From: Candidatus Ornithomonoglobus sp.
GTDB lineage: Bacteria > Bacillota > Clostridia > UBA1381
NCBI GenBank assembly: GCA_051877435.1
Contig: JBJEIW010000268.1
Span: 77 to 64,076, forward strand
DNA length: 64,000 nucleotides
Reading direction: 5' to 3'
This document shows positions 38,881-46,700 of this stretch, piece by piece; positions within the stretch are counted from its first letter, which is position 1, and the number at the start of each line of letters is the position of its first letter. Made by a program: the position numbers and the translations under genes. The notes below the pieces were generated by a model, which did not search any database, was not told the DNA's origin, and saw nothing but the letters and a program-made list of their open reading frames with translations.

Positions 38881-39810
38881 CTACAGCTTTTTTGCAATTC
38901 TCAGCTTTGCGCTTTTTGACCTTGAGTTCTCGCCGAGCTCTCTTTCTGAAGGAAGAAGCGGTTTTCTTGTTATGACCTTTACCTTAGGCTTATTCCCGCA
39001 CACACATACCGGAAAGCTCTTCGGGCATATGCAGCCCTGCGCAAGCTGTGCAAATGTTTTCTTTACAATCCTGTCCTCCAGCGAATGAAAGGTTATAATA
39101 CAGAGGGTACCGCCGGGATTAAGCACATCGACAAAATCGCGCACAGCCTGCTCCAGTATCTTCAATTCGCCGTTCACCTCAATCCTTACCGCCTGAAACA
39201 CCCTTTTCGCCGGATGTCCGCCGTCAAGTCTTGCTTTTTTAGGTATCGCCGCCTTGATTATCGCGGCAAGCTCACCTGTTGTCTCAATGTTCTTTCTGCA
39301 TCTTTGCTCAACAATAAACTGTGCAATTCTTCCGGACCACTTTTCCTCGCCGTATTCATAGAAAATGCGCGTAAGCTCTTCCCTGCTGTATTCGTTGACA
39401 ACCTTGTACGCGCTGAGCGCCGCGTCACGATTCATACGCATATCGAGCGGAGCATCGTGCATATATGAAAATCCGCGTTCAGCATTGTCAAGCTGATATG
39501 AGCTCACTCCGAGGTCAAGAACGGCGCCGTCTATCCCGCTGATTCCGAGGTCTATTAGTATGTCCTTGATCTCACTGAAATTACGGTTGACCGGAACAAG
39601 TCTTTCTCCGAACGGCTCCAGTCTTTTTACTGACGCGGCAATAGCCTCTTTATCCTGATCTATTCCTATAAGCCTGCCTGCTCCGCGGCTGAGAATTTCA
39701 TATGAATGACCTCCGCCGCCCATGGTTCCGTCAACATATACTCCGCTGTCATTTATCTCCAGAGCGTCAACGCTCTCCTTCAGGAGAACCGAATAGTGTT
39801 TAAATTCCAT
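38881..39810 (-). CDS. rsmH: 16S rRNA (cytosine1402-N4)-methyltransferase
   Basis: 309 aa. Motifs HYSVLL, DGTMGGGGHS and DLGVSSYQLD. Confidence 0.96.
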   Translation of the reverse strand: MEFKHYSVLLKESVDALEINDSGVYVDGTMGGGGHSYEILSRGAGRLIGIDQDKEAIAASVKRLEPFGERLVPVNRNFSEIKDILIDLGISGIDGAVLDLGVSSYQLDNAERGFSYMHDAPLDMRMNRDAALSAYKVVNEYSREELTRIFYEYGEEKWSGRIAQFIVEQRCRKNIETTGELAAIIKAAIPKKARLDGGHPAKRVFQAVRIEVNGELKILEQAVRDFVDVLNPGGTLCIITFHSLEDRIVKKTFAQLAQGCICPKSFPVCVCGNKPKVKVITRKPLLPSERELGENSRSKSAKLRIAKKL

Positions 39811-39824
39811 TTGACCTCTCCTTA

Positions 39825-40268
39825 TCAGATATTGAGATTGTATTTCAGAATATTTTCAGCCATGAAGCTTTCGGAAAGCTTTTCCTGATATGCCGTCCAG
39901 TAAGCGGAATCCCAGATTTCAAGCCTTGTGTTTGCGCCCACAAGCACAACATCCTTTGAAAGACCCGCAAAGTCGATAAGACGCTTTGCGATAGGGATTC
40001 TTCCCTGCTTATCAACCGTTACGGAGGTTGCCTTACCGAAGAACAAACGCACAAATGCGGCAGCATTTACATCGGTTGCGGTAGGAAGCTGATTTACCTT
40101 TTCAGCAACCTTGTTCCATTCCTCTTCAGTATAAAGATGCAGACATTTCTCTGATGTGGATTGTGTGATATACACAGTACCGCTCACACATTCTCTGAGC
40201 TTTGACGGAAGAATTATTCTCCCTCTTTCGTCCAGCTGACGCTCATACTCGTCAACAAACGCTGCCAT
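39825..40268 (-). CDS. mraZ: transcriptional regulator MraZ
   Basis: 147 aa from MAAFVDEY (ATG at 40268, RBS GGAGGTGAG). Two SpoVT/AbrB-like halves carry DERGRIILP and DKQGRIPI. The 53-aa N-terminal extension in the ORF track was rejected. Confidence 0.92.
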   Translation of the reverse strand: MAAFVDEYERQLDERGRIILPSKLRECVSGTVYITQSTSEKCLHLYTEEEWNKVAEKVNQLPTATDVNAAAFVRLFFGKATSVTVDKQGRIPIAKRLIDFAGLSKDVVLVGANTRLEIWDSAYWTAYQEKLSESFMAENILKYNLNI

Positions 40269-40360
40269 GTATATCTCACCTCCTGCAATCCGTAAATCCT
40301 TTGTCATAAGTAAACATGGAAGCCATGCTGTAAAAACAGCACATGGAAACATAAATGCTG

Positions 40361-40410
40361 TCCCACTGTCAGCATTTTTGCTCCCATTCACTCCATTCTG
40401 CTCCCATCCA
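40361..40410 (-). promoter_or_regulatory. phased TGGGA-type direct repeats (putative MraZ boxes)
   Basis: The minus strand reads ATGGGAGCAG/AATGGAGTGA/ATGGGAGCAA/AAATGCTGAC/AGTGGGACAG. TGGGAG, TGGAG and TGGGAG fall at an exact 10-nt period (plus-strand CTCCCA at 40401, 40391 and 40381), and GTGGGA is about 20 nt further on. Confidence 0.55.
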
Positions 40411-40415
40411 ATACT

Positions 40416-40444
40416 ATTGTACACCAAAATGAAGAAAAACGCAA
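40416..40444 (-). promoter_or_regulatory. candidate dcw/mraZ promoter (TTGCGT-17-TACAAT)
   Basis: Reverse complement: TTGCGT (40444-40439), 17-nt spacer, TACAAT (40421-40416). It lies immediately upstream of the phased repeats. Confidence 0.5.
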
Positions 40445-40515
40445 CCCTTTTTTTAAGTCTTTTTTCAACAAATATTTGATTTTAGTACGGACTCCAAAAG
40501 ATTTTGCTTATACCC

Positions 40516-40544
40516 TTGTAAATTAATCCAAAATAGGGTATAAT
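40516..40544 (+). promoter_or_regulatory. sigma-A promoter for tex (TTGTAA-17-TATAAT)
   Basis: Exact 17-nt spacing. About 190 nt upstream of the tex ATG. Confidence 0.55.
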
Positions 40545-40733
40545 AGCTTTAATGTCTTAAGAAGGCTTTTAGTACACATCTGGGATTTTATAATAAATCA
40601 AAACACCAGATATTGTGTATGTAACAATTATAACACAAATATTACGATTTGTACATAGTTTTTTTGAAAAAATATTTCAGATTTATTACAAAATTATCAT
40701 TTGTGTTACTTGAGGTTTGGAGGTTTTGCACAG

Positions 40734-42896
40734 ATGGAGGAAAAAGACAAAAATATAATAAGGATATTGTGTGATGAACTCGATATTAAGGAATGGCAGA
40801 CGGAAAACGTCATCGGTCTTATCGATGACGGCAACACAATTCCGTTTATTGCGCGATACCGGAAGGAAGCGACAGGCGCGCTTGACGATACTACCTTGCG
40901 CGAATTTGACAAGCGCCTTACATACCTGAGGTCACTCGCCGAAAAACGCGCGGATATAATACGTCTTATAGATGAGCAGGGAAAGCTCACACCGCAGCTT
41001 AAAAAGGCAATCGAAGCAGCCGCAACAGTTTCCGAGCTTGAGGATATTTACCGTCCCTACCGCCCGAAGCGTCGCACAAGAGCGACTGCCGCAAGAGAAA
41101 AAGGACTGCTTCCCCTTTCGCTTACGCTCCTCAGACAGGACTATTCCGTTGACCCCGAAGCAGCGGCAGCGGAATATATTAACGAGGAAAAAGGTGTTGC
41201 TTCGATTGAAGATGCGCTCAAAGGCGCAATGGATATAATCGCCGAGGAAATAAGCGACAATGCAGAATACAAAAAAAAGCTCCGCGCAATCACACAGGAG
41301 CGCGGCGCGGTTTCGGTCACCGCGTCAAAGGACGAGGACAGCGTATACAGTATGTATTACGACTTCAGCGAAGGTCTTGCAAAGCTCCCGCCGCACAGGC
41401 TCCTTGCAATCAACCGCGGAGAAAAGGAGGGCTTTCTTTCGGTAAAAATCAACATTGATGAGGATATGATGGTCAAGTGGCTTATACGAAGCACAACGCC
41501 GAAGCGTGAAGCGCCTTCAACAAAATATGTAAAGCTTGCGGCGGAGGATGCGTATAAACGTCTCATTGCGCCGTCCCTTGCGAATGAAATCCGAGGCATC
41601 GCCACCGATGCGGCAGAGGAAAGCTCAATAAAGGTATTCAGAAAAAATCTGAACGGTCTACTGATGCAGCCGCCTGTTAAGAACAAGGTTGTTATGGGCT
41701 TTGACCCCGGCTACAGAACAGGCTGTAAAATTGCTGTTGTAGACGGAACCGGAAAGGTTCTCGATACCGGAGTTGTTTACTGCACGCTTCCCAATCATGA
41801 TAAGGATAAGGCGGCAAGGATACTCAAGGATATGATACTGCGCCATGAGGTGGATATAATTTCAATAGGAAACGGAACAGCCTCAAAGGAATCGGAAATT
41901 TTTGTTGCCGATCTTATAAAGACTATAGACCGCAAAACATTTTACGTCATGACAAATGAGGCGGGAGCAAGCGTATACAGCGCGTCGGAGCTTGCCGCCG
42001 AGGAATTTCCGGAATATGACGTCGCGTTAAGAAGCGCCGTTTCGATTGCCCGCCGTTTGCAGGACCCCCTCGCGGAACTTGTAAAGATTGACCCCAAATC
42101 CATCGGCGTGGGGCAGTACCAGCACGACATGAACCAGAAGCGTCTGGGCGAAGCTCTCAACGGGGTTGTCGAGGACTGCGTAAACAGCGTAGGAGTTGAC
42201 CTCAATACCGCGTCGCCGTCGCTGCTTTCATACGTTGCGGGAATAAACAAAACAGTAGCAAGGAATATCACCCTCTACCGGGAGGCAAACGGCAGCTTTA
42301 CACAGAGAAAGCAGCTTATGAAGGTTCCAAAGCTGGGCGCAAAGGCGTTTGAGCAGTGCGCGGGCTTCCTCAGAATCCCCGGCGGTGATAATTTTCTTGA
42401 CAATACCTCGGTCCACCCCGAAAGCTACAAGGCGACGCGGGAGCTTATCGCCCGTCTCGGCTATACAGAGGAGGACGTAAAGACGGGAAATATAGCAGAT
42501 ATTCGTAAAAAAGCGAAGGATTTCGGTATTAAAAAGCTGAGCGAGGCGCTCGGCGTAGGTGACATAACCTTATCCGATATTATAGACAGCCTGCTTAAAC
42601 CCGGACGTGACCCGCGTGACGAGCTCCCGCAGCCGGTTCTCCGTTCGGATATTCTTTCAATGGAGGATTTGCAGCCGGATATGGTGCTTGACGGTGTTGT
42701 TCGCAACGTAATCGACTTCGGAGCCTTTGTTGACATAGGCGTTCATCAGGACGGACTTGTTCATATATCGCAGATATGCGACCGATTTATAAAGCACCCC
42801 ACTGACGCGCTGTCTGTCGGCGACAGGGTAAAGGTAAAGGTTCTTGAAGTAGATACCAAGAAAAAACGTATATCACTTACAATGAAAAATATATAA
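40734..42896 (+). CDS. tex: Tex-like transcription accessory protein (S1 RNA-binding domain protein)
   Basis: 720 aa from MEEKDKNIIR (RBS GGAGG 10 nt upstream). Contains IPFIARYRKE, a YqgF-like domain, HhH motifs and a C-terminal S1 domain (GVVRNVIDFGAFVDIG). Confidence 0.92.
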   Translation: MEEKDKNIIRILCDELDIKEWQTENVIGLIDDGNTIPFIARYRKEATGALDDTTLREFDKRLTYLRSLAEKRADIIRLIDEQGKLTPQLKKAIEAAATVSELEDIYRPYRPKRRTRATAAREKGLLPLSLTLLRQDYSVDPEAAAAEYINEEKGVASIEDALKGAMDIIAEEISDNAEYKKKLRAITQERGAVSVTASKDEDSVYSMYYDFSEGLAKLPPHRLLAINRGEKEGFLSVKINIDEDMMVKWLIRSTTPKREAPSTKYVKLAAEDAYKRLIAPSLANEIRGIATDAAEESSIKVFRKNLNGLLMQPPVKNKVVMGFDPGYRTGCKIAVVDGTGKVLDTGVVYCTLPNHDKDKAARILKDMILRHEVDIISIGNGTASKESEIFVADLIKTIDRKTFYVMTNEAGASVYSASELAAEEFPEYDVALRSAVSIARRLQDPLAELVKIDPKSIGVGQYQHDMNQKRLGEALNGVVEDCVNSVGVDLNTASPSLLSYVAGINKTVARNITLYREANGSFTQRKQLMKVPKLGAKAFEQCAGFLRIPGGDNFLDNTSVHPESYKATRELIARLGYTEEDVKTGNIADIRKKAKDFGIKKLSEALGVGDITLSDIIDSLLKPGRDPRDELPQPVLRSDILSMEDLQPDMVLDGVVRNVIDFGAFVDIGVHQDGLVHISQICDRFIKHPTDALSVGDRVKVKVLEVDTKKKRISLTMKNI

Positions 42897-42911
42897 AATG
42901 GAGCTGAGAAT

Positions 42912-43766
42912 ATGACAAATGTAATTTCATTTCCTAAGCCGGGAATAACTCTTAACATTTCCCCAGTTGCCTTTCACATAGGGCAGAAGGGTATTTACTG
43001 GTACGCCCTGATAATCCTTGCGGGCTTTCTTGCGGGACTTTTGCTTGCATCACACGGCTGTGAAAAGCGCGGCATAAAAAAGGATCATGTATGGGATATA
43101 GCTCTGCTCGGTATCGTATGCGGCATAATCGGAGCCAGAATTTACTATGTGATTTTCTCCTTTGACGAATTTCGCGGCGATCTCATGGGCGTGTTCAGAA
43201 TATGGGAGGGCGGTCTTGCGATATACGGCGGAATAATCGGCGCCGTAATATCAACCTGCATCTACTGCAAAATACGAAAAATCAATATTTTAAACGCGCT
43301 TGATGTGTGCTGTGTGGGGCTGCTGCTCGGTCAGTGCATCGGACGCTGGGGAAACTTCACCAACTGCGAGGTGTACGGCAGAGCAACAGACTTTTTCCTC
43401 GGAATGAGCATCAACGGAGCAGACCCGGTTCATCCGCTGTTCTTCTACGAATCCATGTGGAGCCTTCTCGGAGTTATACTGCTTCTGCTGTTCCGTGATA
43501 AAAAGCAGAAAAACGGTCAGGTTGTCTGCGGTTATCTGCTCTGGTATTCAGCGGGCAGGCTCGCGCTTGAGGGCATGAGAGATACAGGCTACATTCTGTA
43601 CCTTATCCCCGGAGTTCTCGGAATTTCGCAGCTTGTCGCGGCGCTGCTTATCATTATCGCAATCGCCGGCTTTATATTTGTTACAAAATCGGACAAGCCA
43701 TACTTTGAAAAGCTGCCGTCAATCGGAGCAGACTCTGAGCAGGCATTAAAAAAAGAGGCTCAATGA
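42912..43766 (+). CDS. lgt: prolipoprotein diacylglyceryl transferase
   Basis: 284 aa. Motifs IYWYALIILAG, GARIYYV, GGLAIYGG and GRWGNF. Confidence 0.93.
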   Translation: MTNVISFPKPGITLNISPVAFHIGQKGIYWYALIILAGFLAGLLLASHGCEKRGIKKDHVWDIALLGIVCGIIGARIYYVIFSFDEFRGDLMGVFRIWEGGLAIYGGIIGAVISTCIYCKIRKINILNALDVCCVGLLLGQCIGRWGNFTNCEVYGRATDFFLGMSINGADPVHPLFFYESMWSLLGVILLLLFRDKKQKNGQVVCGYLLWYSAGRLALEGMRDTGYILYLIPGVLGISQLVAALLIIIAIAGFIFVTKSDKPYFEKLPSIGADSEQALKKEAQ

Positions 43767-43784
43767 ACCTCTTTTTTTAATGCC
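43742..43784. terminator. bidirectional terminator (17-bp perfect inverted repeat) shared by lgt and the 1638-aa gene
   Basis: GGCATTAAAAAAAGAGG-N9-CCTCTTTTTTTAATGCC. Confidence 0.8.
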
Positions 43785-43789
43785 CGCGG

Positions 43790-46700
43790 TTACGGAGCTG
43801 CATAATAAATCACGTCAATCACATCACCGTCTGCAACCTTAACAATCGCTATTGCCGGAGCAACATCCTCTGCTGCTGCCCGTTCCCATGATATGAAATT
43901 CTTACTATTATCTGTATACACAGGGTTAAAAACCGATGTGGACTGTGTCTGCGAGCCGATTGATACTCTGTATTTTGCCTTCTGACCATAATCATAAACA
44001 TAAGAGTTTGCACTGCTTACGGAAAAGCTCTTAACATCAGCTACATTTGACATACCGCTGTCCTGAGTTGTGAACAGCTCAAGCGAATTTCCCGATTTAC
44101 TGTAAACAATACCATAATAGAACACTACATCCTTTGTATATGATACCGCATACGATGGCTCAAAGCCTCCCGCATATGTACCCGAGCTTATCTGATTTAC
44201 ATTTTTAAGCATTCTGCTGCCGAACACATCACTGCTAAGCGAGTTTGCAAGCAATGAAGCATAGTCAGATGACGGAGAGAATACCGTGTGATAATTACCG
44301 TCCTCAACATATCCGTCTCTGCCCACGGCATATGCCACTACCGAGCCTTCCGATAAATCATCACCATATCCCTCAAACATAACCGATATGTCCGACTGAC
44401 CGCTATATGAAACAAGCGCCTCGGTACAGGTAACACCGTCAATATCCGTTGTACCCACAATCTTCTGTACTACCGCCATTGGTGACTCAGCGCGCAAAAG
44501 ATTTATTCCGCTGAATACTATTGCAAAACGATAAACACCGTCAATATTCTTATCAAAGAGGTACACATTATATTCTGCTTCATTCTCAAAGTCATCAGGA
44601 GTGAGTGTATGTACAACGGTATCTGAGCCTGACATATAAGCGTCCATGTCCATTATTTTTGTTGAAGCATTGATTGAATACGGACCGAGCTTTGATGATA
44701 AGGCATTGTATTCCAAACCACTGCCGCCCATTCCCGGCATTTCCCTGTCAAACTTGATTTTTCCTCCCGAAAGGTTGTAGGTGCATACAGTCTGACCGCT
44801 TAAAATTCTGTCGCGTATCGCAGCCTTTGTAAAGCTATAGCTTCCGTATCCGTATTCTCCTGTTGCATATTCATAGAAGCGTTCAGCCTCGTATGAATCC
44901 CTGCACTCATAGGCGACAACCTCGCCGGAATCGGTTATAAGTCTTACTGTAGGATAATCATTGCCCGCGGACTGATACATAGCAACGATTACACCATAAT
45001 TTTTATTTACGCTACCCTCATCGTACCATGCTATATAACCGAACGCATCAAGATAGAGCGTATAGTCTGTGCAGAGCTCCATGTCTGTAATGCTGACAAG
45101 GGTCTCAACCACAGCATACTCTGTTCCGCCGACATTTACTGTCCAGTCTTCTGTATTACGGCTTGAAAGCGTGCCTGAAACCTGATTTGATGAAACGAGA
45201 ATATCATAGTACTCAAGGTCATTAAGATCAAGCCTGCCGTTTAAGCCGGCATCAATTACGTTTACAGCGATTGAAAGCACATCATTCTCTGCAAGGTCTG
45301 TATATGAAATCTCTGAGCCGTCCTTTGTGAATGTGATGTCGATATCCTCATCGTCCGGATCCCACTTCATTGATGAGCCGGCATTGTCCGAAGCTTTAAA
45401 GTAGATCCTTGCGCCTGTTGATGATGTAATTACAGAGTCCACAACAGCAGCTACATAATATTTTACCGATATTTCATCAAATACGGAATCATTATCCGTG
45501 TCGCTGAGCGTCATTTCTCCGTTCTGATTACAAAGTATGTATCGGTCGATCAAATCGTTTGAAACCGCGCCTATCTCAGCTCCGTTAATAATGATTTTAC
45601 AGTCCTCCGAAATAGGATAATTCATTGTCGCGCATGACTCCTCAGAAGCATATACCGGAATTTTCATATTTTCAACATAAGCGGTGCCTATATAAGCATT
45701 ATCATCAGCCACATCTGACGCTTTTATTGTCATAACCGTTCCCGGTTCTATTTCCGCATCCTCTGACAGTTCACTCGCCGGATAATATCCTACAAGCTCT
45801 GTAAGCTCACCGTCCACAACCTTTGCAAACGCCATGACAGGTTCTATAGCCTCCGCCTCGCTCCAGTCAATGCTTCCGCCGCTGCTTACTGCGTCATACA
45901 GCTCCGGACTTACCTCGGGAAGCTCCGAAACGCTTGCTCTGTACCCCGGTCTGTTGGTGTAATCATACATATAAGAATTTACATTTTCACCGATCTCAAG
46001 GCTCACTGTATCGGATGATATATCTGATATTCCGTCCTGCTTGCCTGTAATTATCTGAATGCTTCCGTCCCGCTTTGCATATACAGGTCCGAAGTATAAC
46101 GCTACGTTCTTTACCGTGGGTGATGCAAATGCCGGTTCGGCAGCGCCCGCATAATCACCGTTCTCAATGATATTGACATTCCTGAGGGTCTCCGCAAAAT
46201 TATCGCTGCTTATCGTATTATAATACAGCTCGGGATAAAAATATGTATTAGTAATATATGAATACAGATCACCGTCCTCAACGTATCCGTCACGTCCCTC
46301 TTTATAGACAATTATCTCTCCGTCGGAAACATAGTCTTCGCCTCCAATAAATACAGTTTTTTCCTCCGAATCTTTTAATACAGTAAGCTGAGTGCATACA
46401 GTGCCGTCAAAATCGATTACACCGTCAACGCTCTTTATAACAGCCGCGTCAGCCGCAGTATTTAAAGATAACATACCTCCGAATATAACAGCAAAATCGC
46501 AGCTTCCATCATCGTCTGAGTCAAATGCATATACGTCATATGCCATGCCATCCTCAAGCTCTGACAGACTGACAGGATAAGCCTTGAGACCTGCATTTGT
46601 TTCACTCATATAATCACTCATGTCAATAAGCTTTGCCGTATCGCTTATTGCATATGAACCAAGCTCTGCCGATGAAGCCTTATATTCCAAATCCGCTCCG

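Noticed and set aside
39825-40427. Long N-terminal extensions proposed by the ORF track for mraZ (200 aa), tyrS (428 aa), AGCS-1 (492 aa), rnj (569 aa), murF (464 aa) and tex (731 aa)
   Set aside because: In each case an internal ATG with a good Shine-Dalgarno sequence coincides with the conserved family N-terminus. The extension overlaps a promoter or operator, or lacks an RBS.
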